From positions 68,381 to 132,380 of the IMG/VR virus record IMGVR_UViG_2595698877_000001: a stretch of 64,000 nt of DNA, one strand, 5' to 3'. The DNA comes from a virus (Duplodnaviria; Heunggongvirae; Uroviricota; Caudoviricetes; Herelleviridae). Position numbers and translations under genes: made by a program. Every line of letters starts with the position of its first letter. The first letter of the stretch is position 1. Below the pieces are notes generated by a model. That model was not told the DNA's origin and did not search any database. It saw nothing but the letters and a program-made list of their open reading frames with translations. Of this stretch, positions 56,205 to 64,000 are shown one piece after another.

Positions 56205-56759
56205 ATGATTGATTTAAAGAATGATTTAGTAGAGGACAAGCTAGTAGTTGTAGAGGAGAAAGTAAAAGCGCCAAAAGGTTCTAAGAACCCGTTAACACCA
56301 GAACAAGAAGCTGGAGTAGCTAGAATGTATTTACGAGGAGAAAAAGTAGTAGACATCATTGCTAAGTACAAAATTGCAGCAGGTCGTATCTATCGTATCT
56401 TAGCTCGTAACGGTATTGAGAAGCGCGCACCGGAATACAACCGAGCAGGTAAAGCGAGAATGCTATCACTTAGCAAATACGAGAAAGATAGAATCGTAGA
56501 TGATTACATACGGAAAGTACCTGTACGAGAAATCCTAGAAAAGTATGGATTAAACAAATACGCACTATACACAGTACTAGATGAGAGAAAGGTTACTCGT
56601 CAAACTGAGAAAGATGAAGAAACGAAAACAACAACGAAAGTACATAAGGATACAAAAAAGAAACTTCCAGTTGAAGCATACATACAAGATAGAGTCGCAT
56701 ATGTTAAAATCGCACAAGGTACGAACAAAATTGAACAAATCCGCATTGACTATATTTAG
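56205..56759 (+). CDS. protein with two HTH-like repeats (184 aa)
   Basis: IIAKYKIAAGRIYRILARNG and ILEKYGLNKYALYTVLDER. Confidence 0.45.
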   Translation: MIDLKNDLVEDKLVVVEEKVKAPKGSKNPLTPEQEAGVARMYLRGEKVVDIIAKYKIAAGRIYRILARNGIEKRAPEYNRAGKARMLSLSKYEKDRIVDDYIRKVPVREILEKYGLNKYALYTVLDERKVTRQTEKDEETKTTTKVHKDTKKKLPVEAYIQDRVAYVKIAQGTNKIEQIRIDYI

Positions 56760-56789
56760 TCGTGCGGGTTCCATAAAGGAGAGGTTACT

Positions 56790-57164
56790 ATGAAATTGAA
56801 AGATGGAACTAAGTGGAAACATGTAAAAACTAACGACGTTTACACGTTATCAGAGGACTATAATGGTTCGTGGTATTTACACCGTAGACTTGATGGCGGA
56901 GTGGCAAAGACAGTATCTATTAATGACTACGAAATGCTAGAAGTGCTAGGTGAATTTTATGTGAAATACGAAGAGAAAAGTGACAAGGTATTTATGAAGG
57001 AGTTACCTATAACTAAGAAAGCGAACAAGAAGTACAAAAAGATTATTACCAGAGAACAATATTCTATTACTGCGGCTATCAGTCACGAAGAGCTAGGCTG
57101 GTTTGTTGATAAGATTAAAGCTCTAGAAACAGAATTAGCAAAAATTAAAAAGGAGATGGCATAA
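56790..57164 (+). CDS. hypothetical protein (124 aa)
   Basis: AAGGAGAGG RBS. Confidence 0.4.
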   Translation: MKLKDGTKWKHVKTNDVYTLSEDYNGSWYLHRRLDGGVAKTVSINDYEMLEVLGEFYVKYEEKSDKVFMKELPITKKANKKYKKIITREQYSITAAISHEELGWFVDKIKALETELAKIKKEMA

Positions 57165-57412
57165 TGGAAAGAACAGGATGGGAACATTACGAGTTAGAGA
57201 AAGAGATGAGAGGTGCTAGTGTAGCTAAATTACTAGGTATGTACAAACGTGAAAAACAAAAGGCTTTGGATACATGTGGTGAGTTCTTAAAGTTAACAGG
57301 TAGTTTAACAGATGAAGGAGCGAAAGAGTTCGAGGATAAGTGTAAGTTGTTGATAGAAGGTTCTAAAAAGATAGCGGAACGTATTGCAGATAAACTAACG
57401 GAGGATGAGTAA
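57164..57412 (+). CDS. hypothetical protein (82 aa)
   Basis: TAATG overlap with the upstream stop. Confidence 0.4.
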   Translation: MERTGWEHYELEKEMRGASVAKLLGMYKREKQKALDTCGEFLKLTGSLTDEGAKEFEDKCKLLIEGSKKIAERIADKLTEDE

Positions 57413-57413
57413 T

Positions 57414-57683
57414 ATGAACTTATATAGAGAGGTTAGTTCATCAGAGCTTGTTGATAAAATAATGTTAGCTTTTGAGGAATACGGTCTTATTGATTTCGCT
57501 ACAATTAGTAAAGTTGAAAAATCTATCAAGGTAGATTCAAAGAGCGAAGCAAAGAGGACTTTAAAATCCGTTTTACCTGATTATAGTTGGTGGGAAACTA
57601 ATGATTTACACAAAGAGTTAGACAAGTTGTATAGAGCCTTAGGTCTTATTAATAGAGGTCAAAAAGTATACACAGATTTATAA
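57414..57683 (+). CDS. hypothetical protein (89 aa)
   Basis: ATG at 57414, 9 nt after GGAGG. An alternative ATG lies at 57405. Confidence 0.4.
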   Translation: MNLYREVSSSELVDKIMLAFEEYGLIDFATISKVEKSIKVDSKSEAKRTLKSVLPDYSWWETNDLHKELDKLYRALGLINRGQKVYTDL

Positions 57684-57701
57684 AAAAGTTTTTAAAAGTC
57701 G

Positions 57702-57730
57702 TTGACTTAAAGTAAACAAGATGATAATAT
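57702..57730 (+). promoter_or_regulatory. sigma-A-type promoter TTGACT-17-TAATAT
   Basis: TTGACT at 57702-57707 and TAATAT at 57725-57730. Confidence 0.6.
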
Positions 57731-57755
57731 AAAAGTAACGAAAGGGGATGAGAAA

Positions 57756-58091
57756 GTGGTAAACAAAATAGAGGAACTAAGAAACTTTGTAGAAGAAAAA
57801 GCAGAACAGTTTAGGAGCTTAAATGACTCATCTGATGTAGTTGTAATGTTAATATTAAATGACATCCTAGACAAGATTGACGAACTTCAAAACGGGGTGC
57901 CGATGTACATTGTTCAGTACCAAGACTTGAAAGGTGAGAATACCTACGAAGATGGTTCAAAGTACAGAGTGCTATCAGAGAAATACTACTATCAGATTAA
58001 AGAGGTAGCGAAGAACGTGAAACTGTTTATGGAAGTTGATGGAATCAGAGTAACCATTCTAGATGCGGAGGGAGACAACGATGAGAGTTAA
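57756..58091 (+). CDS. small acidic protein (111 aa)
   Basis: GTG start after AAAGGGGA. Confidence 0.4.
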   Translation: MVNKIEELRNFVEEKAEQFRSLNDSSDVVVMLILNDILDKIDELQNGVPMYIVQYQDLKGENTYEDGSKYRVLSEKYYYQIKEVAKNVKLFMEVDGIRVTILDAEGDNDES

Positions 58092-58335
58092 ACGTTGGAT
58101 TTATGAAGTGAAGTACACATTGAAAGACTGCCCGATGCTTACATGTACACTACCAGATTTATATGAAGAAGAGGTTATTGCAGAACTAGAAGCAGAGAAG
58201 TTAAAGTTAGAGCTAGGAGACACATATGCAGTAGTTAAAGTGGTTCCGAGACATTTAATATCTCATGATTATAACGTAGAGTATAGAAGAGAAAACGGGA
58301 GGTCTGTTAGTTATGCGATTAGAAGACAAGATTAA
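58081..58335 (+). CDS. hypothetical protein (84 aa)
   Basis: ATG at 58081 after GGAGGGAG. Confidence 0.4.
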   Translation: MRVKRWIYEVKYTLKDCPMLTCTLPDLYEEEVIAELEAEKLKLELGDTYAVVKVVPRHLISHDYNVEYRRENGRSVSYAIRRQD

Positions 58336-58549
58336 ACTGCAAAACGATATGGAAGACCAGATAGCTGTGATGAAAGATGCGTCATACGATTTAGGGAGAG
58401 AGATATTCAAGGAGTTCAAAGAGCTACCTTTAGAAAAGGTCTTAGAATACTACGATATGATGAATAGAGAGAATGATAGCATTGTACGTTATGACATATT
58501 TAGAGAAATCATCTTACCTAACAAAGAGAAGTTAAAGGAGTTGCTTTAA
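58313..58549 (+). CDS. hypothetical protein (78 aa)
   Basis: GGAGG RBS. Confidence 0.4.
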   Translation: MRLEDKIKLQNDMEDQIAVMKDASYDLGREIFKEFKELPLEKVLEYYDMMNRENDSIVRYDIFREIILPNKEKLKELL

Positions 58550-58999
58550 ATGAAACTGGACTATGGTTCGGGAAGACAACCAAAAGAAGGTTTCATGTCT
58601 TCCGACTTCATTGGAACACCGAATTACGATTTCTACATTAAAGACTACAAAGTACTTGATACAGAAGACCATATGTTTGATGCGATTCATTGTCGTAATG
58701 TAATCCATCATATTCCGGAGCAAGACTTACATATCCTATTTGCAGAATTTAATAGATTACTAAAACCAGACGGGGAGCTTATCATTTCAGAGCCACGAGA
58801 AGAGTTTCATGAACAGAATAAGTTCTTAGACTGGATATGGTATCGCTGGATTACAAACGATACGAATATCATGATTCCAGATGAGTATGTAGATTACAAG
58901 AAATATTTAGTTGATTTCGACATTGTTAGCACCGTAGACCATTTCAACAATGAAGTTCTTACGTTAAAGAAAAAACAAGTAATGGCACAAGCCGTATAA
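58550..58999 (+). CDS. short SAM-methyltransferase-like protein (149 aa)
   Basis: LDYGSG (degenerate motif I) and NRLLKPDGELIIS (post-II-like). Too short for a full Rossmann MTase. Confidence 0.3.
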   Translation: MKLDYGSGRQPKEGFMSSDFIGTPNYDFYIKDYKVLDTEDHMFDAIHCRNVIHHIPEQDLHILFAEFNRLLKPDGELIISEPREEFHEQNKFLDWIWYRWITNDTNIMIPDEYVDYKKYLVDFDIVSTVDHFNNEVLTLKKKQVMAQAV

Positions 59000-59012
59000 G
59001 GAGAGTTTAATT

Positions 59013-59216
59013 ATGATGACAACGGTACAAGCACCAACACCAGATAGACCGGAAGGTAAGTTAGTGGAGTTTATGACAGCAAACAATTTCTCAAAAGCAG
59101 ACATATACGCAGCATTACAGAACATCGAAGAAGCAAACATGGTACTGTACAGCAAAGAGTGGGGCATTAAATGTCAAAACAATTATGTATGGGTGAAAGG
59201 GGAGTTAACACAATGA
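59013..59216 (+). CDS. hypothetical protein (67 aa)
   Basis: AAGGAGAG RBS. Confidence 0.4.
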   Translation: MMTTVQAPTPDRPEGKLVEFMTANNFSKADIYAALQNIEEANMVLYSKEWGIKCQNNYVWVKGELTQ

Positions 59217-59521
59217 ACAATGCAGAAGAGATTCTAAGATTACAAGCGAAGATTAGGGAACTAGAGAACGAACAAGCAGCATTTGACACTCTATCAGAGG
59301 ACAAGCAGTTAGCCATAACACTTCATGACCTGATGTGTACATGGAATCACACAGATGGTTGCGGATGGGAATACGAAATTAGTAAAGGTACACATAACTG
59401 GAATGGTTACGCACATAAAAATTGGCTAGAGAATGCACAACAACTCATTAAACTATGTGCTTGGGATAATGTAGAGTTATCAACAGCAGTAGAAATCTTA
59501 AAAATGGGGAGAGGATTTTAA
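59213..59521 (+). CDS. hypothetical protein (102 aa)
   Basis: ATGA overlap. ATG at 59213 after AAAGGGGAG. Confidence 0.4.
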   Translation: MNNAEEILRLQAKIRELENEQAAFDTLSEDKQLAITLHDLMCTWNHTDGCGWEYEISKGTHNWNGYAHKNWLENAQQLIKLCAWDNVELSTAVEILKMGRGF

Positions 59522-59523
59522 TT

Positions 59524-59970
59524 ATGACAAACCAAACATTTTACCTTATTGAGACAGGTCTTGACGAGTTAGGAAAACCCTACCAACTTTGTAGAGAGGT
59601 TCCGGAGTGGTGGTCTACACAAGATATTGACGACGACATTCAAGACGAATCGAAAACAAATGAAGGATGCGAGTTCAAGGAGTGGTCATTCCGACTATCT
59701 ACAGTAGAAGTAGAAGAACACGGATTATGGATGTACGATGATAAGGAATCCATTTTTATTATCGAAACAGGACTCTGTGATGCAGGCAAACCGTACTTAG
59801 TATGTGAACAACTACCTACGTGGTATGAATTATCCGATATCGACAATGAAATTGAGGATGCTATCGAAACAAACAAAGCTAACGGTTTCAAGGAGTGGTC
59901 ATTCCGCCTAGCGAATAAAGCAGAAACAGAATACGGGCTATCCGAAGAAGATGGATGGTTTGGGCTATAA
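59524..59970 (+). CDS. protein with internal tandem duplication of a ~70-aa domain
   Basis: FYLIETGLDELGKPYQLCREVPEWW...KEWSFRLS duplicated as FIIETGLCDAGKPYLVCEQLPTWY...KEWSFRLA. Confidence 0.45.
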   Translation: MTNQTFYLIETGLDELGKPYQLCREVPEWWSTQDIDDDIQDESKTNEGCEFKEWSFRLSTVEVEEHGLWMYDDKESIFIIETGLCDAGKPYLVCEQLPTWYELSDIDNEIEDAIETNKANGFKEWSFRLANKAETEYGLSEEDGWFGL

Positions 59971-59988
59971 AAAAGTTTAAAAAAGATG

Positions 59989-60017
59989 TTTACTTTTAGT
60001 AAAAGATAGGCTATAAT
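59989..60017 (+). promoter_or_regulatory. promoter TTTACT-17-TATAAT
   Basis: -10 TATAAT at 60012-60017. Confidence 0.5.
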
Positions 60018-60048
60018 AAAGTTAACAAATAACAAGGGGGAAACAAAA

Positions 60049-60792
60049 ATGACAAAAACACGTAAAGCTACAACAATTACAAAAGAAACTAAGGGAGCGG
60101 TTAAAATGACGAAAGCAATGTTAGTTAACGCTGTATCGAATGAAGAGGTGTTTGTTGAAATCAATAAGGACGACCTAGTAGTAGTTACTCGTGAAGGGGT
60201 AGGCTCTACCGTTTATAATAAACGTTACACAGTTGAAAAGGTAGTTGACCAATTTACATCAGAGGGCTGGATTGACGTAACTGAACAAAACCAAGTAATG
60301 AAATCAGAAGCATTAGCTACAGTACCGGATTTAGAGATTATTACAGAAATTAAACCAGTAGAACCAATTGAAGAAGTTGATGAAAAAACAGCGATGATTG
60401 CGGAAGTAGATGCATACACAGAGTTACACGCAGAAATCGCAGCGCTTAATAAAGAGTTAGAAAAGAAGAAAAAAGCGATTCGTACATACATGGATGACAA
60501 CAAATTGAAAGTATTAACTGGTACAAAAGGTAAAGAAGTGTATCTTCAAACGAATAAGGCTTCTAATTCTTCTGCTGAGTACACAACTTACGATGTAAAC
60601 ATGATTAAAGATATCTTAAATGTAGAGCAATACAGCGAAGTTACAGAAGTACGTGTATCCGCTTCATTACTTAAGAAGAAAATTACAGATGGTGAGTTTT
60701 CTGAGGGCGAGTTAAAAGCTATCGAACGTGCTGAGAACTACAAGCTTGGAACGCCTAAATTCACATTACGTAAAGTAAAGGAAGAAAAATAA
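60049..60792 (+). CDS. hypothetical protein (247 aa)
   Basis: GGGGGAAA RBS. Confidence 0.5.
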   Translation: MTKTRKATTITKETKGAVKMTKAMLVNAVSNEEVFVEINKDDLVVVTREGVGSTVYNKRYTVEKVVDQFTSEGWIDVTEQNQVMKSEALATVPDLEIITEIKPVEPIEEVDEKTAMIAEVDAYTELHAEIAALNKELEKKKKAIRTYMDDNKLKVLTGTKGKEVYLQTNKASNSSAEYTTYDVNMIKDILNVEQYSEVTEVRVSASLLKKKITDGEFSEGELKAIERAENYKLGTPKFTLRKVKEEK

Positions 60793-60807
60793 TTTGATTC
60801 ATAACAT

Positions 60808-60840
60808 AGAGCGACATTGTTCGCTCTATTTTTAATTTTA
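60808..60840 (+). terminator. rho-independent terminator
   Basis: 7-bp stem AGAGCGA/TCGCTCT followed by an AT-rich T-tract. Confidence 0.55.
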
Positions 60841-60843
60841 TTG

Positions 60844-60872
60844 TTGACTTTCGGTACAGCGCATGTTAAGAT
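60844..60872 (+). promoter_or_regulatory. sigma-A-type promoter TTGACT-17-TAAGAT
   Basis: TTATTGTTGACTTT context identical to the promoter at 30053. Confidence 0.55.
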
Positions 60873-60904
60873 ATTAATAGATAAACAAAGAGGAGGAGTT
60901 AATC

Positions 60905-61801
60905 ATGCTCACAGTAGCAGAAAGAACGAATGAAGAATTAATCGCATTAGCAAAAGAAGGTTCCGAAGAAGCGATGGAACAACTAATTAAAAATAATGAA
61001 GGTTTAGTTAATAAAGTAGTAGGTAAATATAGAAAAGACCCTTATGTAGCAGAAGAGCTGAGACAAATTGCGAACATTGCTATTATGAATGGGGCGCATA
61101 AGTTTGATGAATCTAAAGGCTATAAAGCTAGTACATACTTAATGTTCTATATCAGAGGTGCAGTATTGAATCACTTTAGGGACACAAGATATTTCAAGTC
61201 TGCAAGAGAAGAAAGTGCGTTAAGTGTGAAGATTAGAAAGAATGGTTTGAAAGGTGCAAGCGCTAAAGAGATTAGCGAAGCTCTAGGAGTGGACGAGCAG
61301 TTAGCCTACAACACCTTAATCTTTATGGAACAAGAGATTCCTAGAGGGATGTCAGAAGTAGTACATAAAAGTAACAGAGGGCGCGCAGACGATGACGTTA
61401 CTGTCGCGGATACATTAGTAGCGGAAAGTAATGAAGAATTAATAGATACTCGTATTCAATTAGAACAGTACATAAAGGAATTATCTACAAAAGAACAGAT
61501 TGTCATTACGCAACGTTTCTATGAAGACAAGAAACAGCAAGACATAGGAAAAGAGCTAGGAGTCTGTTATCAAGAGGTTGGTAGATTAGAAAAAAGAGCA
61601 ATCAAAAAATTAAAAGACCTAATGGAAGGTAAAAAGATAGAAGAAAAACAAAATGGTGTTCCGGGAAGAGGTAATAAGGAACTCGCTTTATATCTACTTA
61701 GAGAAGGTAAACATACCTTTAAACAGATGGAGGAGCTATCGGGAGTTCCGTATGGCACAATTAGTTATTGGAAAAGACAGAATAAACATAAAAAAATTTA
61801 A
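60905..61801 (+). CDS. sigma-70-family RNA polymerase sigma factor with C-terminal extension
   Basis: Region 2 (IANIAIMNGAHKFDESKGYKASTYLMFYIRGAVLNHFRD). Region 4 HTH (QDIGKELGVCYQEVGRLEKRAIKKLK). About 60 extra C-terminal residues. Confidence 0.7.
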   Translation: MLTVAERTNEELIALAKEGSEEAMEQLIKNNEGLVNKVVGKYRKDPYVAEELRQIANIAIMNGAHKFDESKGYKASTYLMFYIRGAVLNHFRDTRYFKSAREESALSVKIRKNGLKGASAKEISEALGVDEQLAYNTLIFMEQEIPRGMSEVVHKSNRGRADDDVTVADTLVAESNEELIDTRIQLEQYIKELSTKEQIVITQRFYEDKKQQDIGKELGVCYQEVGRLEKRAIKKLKDLMEGKKIEEKQNGVPGRGNKELALYLLREGKHTFKQMEELSGVPYGTISYWKRQNKHKKI

Positions 61802-61810
61802 TAAAACTTG

Positions 61811-61839
61811 TTGACTTTAAGTGAAACGTGGTATATACT
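61811..61839 (+). promoter_or_regulatory. sigma-A-type promoter TTGACT-17-TGgTATATACT
   Basis: TTGACT at 61811-61816 and TATACT at 61834-61839. Confidence 0.6.
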
Positions 61840-61863
61840 GGTAAGTACAAGGAGGTGAGACAA

Positions 61864-62055
61864 GTGAAAGCGAAGGAACTAACAGTAACGGTATTAGCCA
61901 TTATCGGTATTTTATCGATATTGAACTACGTCATCTTAGTAGCCCCGGGCATCATCAACTTACTGTTCTACGTTGTACTTATCATTGTAGGTGTCACGTC
62001 TTATAATCACTTTGCCAACAAGAAGAAAAATAAAGACAAAGATGCAGGTAAATAA
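61864..62055 (+). CDS. small membrane protein (63 aa)
   Basis: GTG start after AAGGAGGTGAGA. The ORF track's ATG at 61828 lies inside the promoter. Confidence 0.4.
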   Translation: MKAKELTVTVLAIIGILSILNYVILVAPGIINLLFYVVLIIVGVTSYNHFANKKKNKDKDAGK

Positions 62056-62158
62056 GGGTACCTATTTTAAGGAGGTGAATACGAAATGTCAGTAGAAAAT
62101 AACGTTTACGAAATCACTAAATTATTAACAGAGTACAAAGAAGGAAAGGGTAAGTAAG

Positions 62159-62344
62159 TTGAACGAGACAGCACTAGAGAAAATCAGAAATGCAAAAGAA
62201 TACCTAGAGAGAGCCGAGAGAGCGTTATTAGAGAAGGATATACAGCTTTCTCTAGGTAATCTAGACAGTGTAGAATTTGAAGTAGAAGCAGCCAAGTGTC
62301 TGCTAAGAGATGACCTAAAACAGAGGAGGAATTATAATGAGTAG
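62159..62344 (+). CDS. hypothetical protein (61 aa)
   Basis: TTG start. Weak RBS. Confidence 0.35.
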   Translation: MNETALEKIRNAKEYLERAERALLEKDIQLSLGNLDSVEFEVEAAKCLLRDDLKQRRNYNE

Positions 62345-62687
62345 TTTTCTAGATAGAATGTTTGAGAATATGGAAAAGGAATTTGATTTCCGAGGAGAAA
62401 GACTTACATACAACATCTTAAAAGAGGGTTTACATAGGGATAACGTGATAAAGGTTTATACGGACACATCTCGATTCGAACGTAAGTTAATGAAATCACC
62501 ATTAGGGCAAATGTTCTTATATGAATACGAAGAAGAGATGGGATTCCCAAAAGATAGAATTACAGAGATTTTTGCTCTTGTTTCTTCTGAGGAAGATGCG
62601 GACAAGCTAAACCAAGAACACTTTATTCATGCGAGTAGACCACACATTTATGTAGGCGAAGCTTGCGCTGTGAGTGTACGAGGTTAA
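62337..62687 (+). CDS. hypothetical protein (116 aa)
   Basis: ATGA overlap with the upstream stop. Confidence 0.45.
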   Translation: MSSFLDRMFENMEKEFDFRGERLTYNILKEGLHRDNVIKVYTDTSRFERKLMKSPLGQMFLYEYEEEMGFPKDRITEIFALVSSEEDADKLNQEHFIHASRPHIYVGEACAVSVRG

Positions 62688-62691
62688 TAGG

Positions 62692-62808
62692 ATGCATATC
62701 GAGTTTACAATACCAGAATGGTTATTAGGAGTTCTAGGGGTTGTAGTAGCTGCACCGTTACTACTCGTACTTTCTGTATACATATACTTAGTACTACGAT
62801 ATAAATAA
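62692..62808 (+). CDS. small single-pass membrane peptide (38 aa), not in ORF track
   Basis: ATG 4 nt after the upstream stop. Hydrophobic core LLGVLGVVVAAPLLLVLSVYIYLVL. Confidence 0.3.
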   Translation: MHIEFTIPEWLLGVLGVVVAAPLLLVLSVYIYLVLRYK

Positions 62809-62820
62809 GGGGGAACTAAA

Positions 62821-63027
62821 ATGTTACGAACATCAAATTTACTGTCACTATTCTTTTTAAGCTTATGGACATTCTTCTGTCTAGGTGCTTTTTACCAGAC
62901 GGAGTTCGGAGCTTTGTCTAGCTCGAACGATTACGAAAACTTAGGAAGATATTTAGGTATTCTGGGTCTTGCTCAATTGGTTGTCACAGTATTAAACTTA
63001 GTTGATTTATGGAAAGAAAAATACTAA
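62821..63027 (+). CDS. small membrane protein (68 aa, 2 TM)
   Basis: GGGGGAA RBS. Confidence 0.4.
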   Translation: MLRTSNLLSLFFLSLWTFFCLGAFYQTEFGALSSSNDYENLGRYLGILGLAQLVVTVLNLVDLWKEKY

Positions 63028-63042
63028 TAAGGAGGACAAGCC

Positions 63043-63759
63043 TTGTTGCAATTTATAGGACGCGGAAGCGCATTTAACACATTAGAAGGTAACAACAGCG
63101 CATATTGCATTCATGAAGGGGAGTTATTCCTGATTGATTGCGGTAGCAACGTATTCGAACGATTAGACCATGCAGGTATTCTAGGAGTCGTAAAGAACAT
63201 TAAAGTACTAATCACACATACTCACGATGACCATGTTGGTTCATTAGGGGGACTCATCTTCCACTCATACTTTAATATGGGTAAGATGGGGGAGAAGAAT
63301 ATTACGGTGTATGCGCCATACACACTTAAGGTTCCTAAGATTCTAGACTTAATGGGAGTAACCAGTAAGTATTATCATATTAAACAATTCGAATCACACA
63401 TCGAGTTAGAGTACGCAAATGACCCAGTATTTGTACAAGCTGTACCTAATCACCATGTAGAAGAGCTGCTGTCTTACGGATACGTAATAGATATTAAAGG
63501 TAAGTGCATATACTACAGCGGAGATTCGAACAATATCCATCCATACATATTAGGAAGACTAAAAAGTGGAATCATCGATTACTTTTATCAAGATACATGC
63601 AAAGCTGATTACGAAGGTAATGTACACTTATCCATAAATAAGTTGTGCGAACTAATAGATAGGAATCGAGATAAGGTTTACTGCATGCACCTAGATAAAG
63701 GATTCCCGGTACAGTGGGTGAAAACATTAGGGTTTAATGTTGTAGAATCAGTTTTCTAG
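63043..63759 (+). CDS. metallo-beta-lactamase-fold hydrolase (Apyc1-like nuclease/phosphodiesterase candidate)
   Basis: HxHxDH motif ITHTHDDHVGSLG plus downstream His/Asp residues. TTG start 6 nt after AAGGAGGA. Confidence 0.6.
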   Translation: MLQFIGRGSAFNTLEGNNSAYCIHEGELFLIDCGSNVFERLDHAGILGVVKNIKVLITHTHDDHVGSLGGLIFHSYFNMGKMGEKNITVYAPYTLKVPKILDLMGVTSKYYHIKQFESHIELEYANDPVFVQAVPNHHVEELLSYGYVIDIKGKCIYYSGDSNNIHPYILGRLKSGIIDYFYQDTCKADYEGNVHLSINKLCELIDRNRDKVYCMHLDKGFPVQWVKTLGFNVVESVF

Positions 63760-63780
63760 ATACATAGAAGGAGCAATAGA

Positions 63781-63951
63781 ATGGAAGAATATCGTTATGC
63801 TGTGGTATATCGCAGTAACCCAAAAATAAGGCTATCCAAGACATTTACACGAAAAGGGGATGCGAAAGCATTTCGAAAGAAACGATTCAATGGAGATAAG
63901 GAAACATATAAAATAGCGAAGTATAAACTTACATTAGTTGAGGAGGATTAA
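63781..63951 (+). CDS. hypothetical basic small protein (56 aa), not in ORF track
   Basis: AGAAGGAG RBS. Confidence 0.35.
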   Translation: MEEYRYAVVYRSNPKIRLSKTFTRKGDAKAFRKKRFNGDKETYKIAKYKLTLVEED

Positions 63952-63952
63952 G

Positions 63953-64000
63953 TTGTCAGAACCTAAATATACATACAAAAGCCCTATTACGATGAATGTA
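63953..64000 (+). CDS. 3'-truncated ORF running off the window end
   Basis: TTG start 5 nt after GAGGAGGA. No stop before the window end. Confidence 0.3.
   Translation, partial: MSEPKYTYKSPITMNV

Noticed and set aside
1-64000. CRISPR array, retron or DGR
   Set aside because: No regularly spaced direct repeats were found, and no reverse-transcriptase motif (YxDD) or template/variable repeat pair near the tail-fibre 3' ends.

Overview
This window reads as one contiguous segment of a large, low-GC, Firmicutes-type (Bacillus-like) lytic phage genome. Every credible gene is on the + strand and tightly packed, with ATGA/TAATG start-stop overlaps, strong AGGAGG ribosome-binding sites and frequent TTG/GTG start codons. 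Positions 1-6.7 kb carry the 3' end of a late structural module: a partial baseplate/tail gene followed by 831-aa and 1171-aa tail-fibre-like proteins. From about 6.75 kb the rest is early/middle-type DNA driven by many host sigma-A-like promoters (TTGACT/TTGACA, 17 nt spacer, TAnnAT), often placed just downstream of rho-independent terminators. Recognisable functions are an SF2 helicase, a DnaB-like replicative helicase with upstream HTH loader/initiator candidates, an SbcD/SbcC(Rad50, CPVC zinc hook) pair plus two further calcineurin-like phosphoesterases, a DnaG-type primase, a dUTPase-superfamily protein, a class Ib ribonucleotide reductase set (nrdE, nrdF, nrdI, thioredoxin-like) interrupted by small ORFs, an HU/TF1-like DNA-binding protein, an SPFH membrane protein, and a family A DNA polymerase with an N-terminal UDG-like domain. 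There is also a recombination cluster (candidate mediator, a Q/P/Y-rich SSB-like protein, a RecA-like ATPase), a free-standing HNH/AP2 homing endonuclease, a full sigma-70-family sigma factor and a second sigma-like protein. A host-takeover-style array of about 30 small genes, each behind its own promoter/terminator, ends at a metallo-beta-lactamase-fold protein that is a candidate Apyc1-like anti-defence nuclease. No tRNA, CRISPR array, reverse transcriptase, intron or intein was detected. The overall organisation (HU/TF1-like protein, phage sigma factor, UDG-PolA fusion) suggests a SPO1-like Bacillus myovirus (Herelleviridae), but this is an inference only. The most unusual non-coding feature is a hairpin-rich 420-bp intergenic region at 54.28-54.70 kb.
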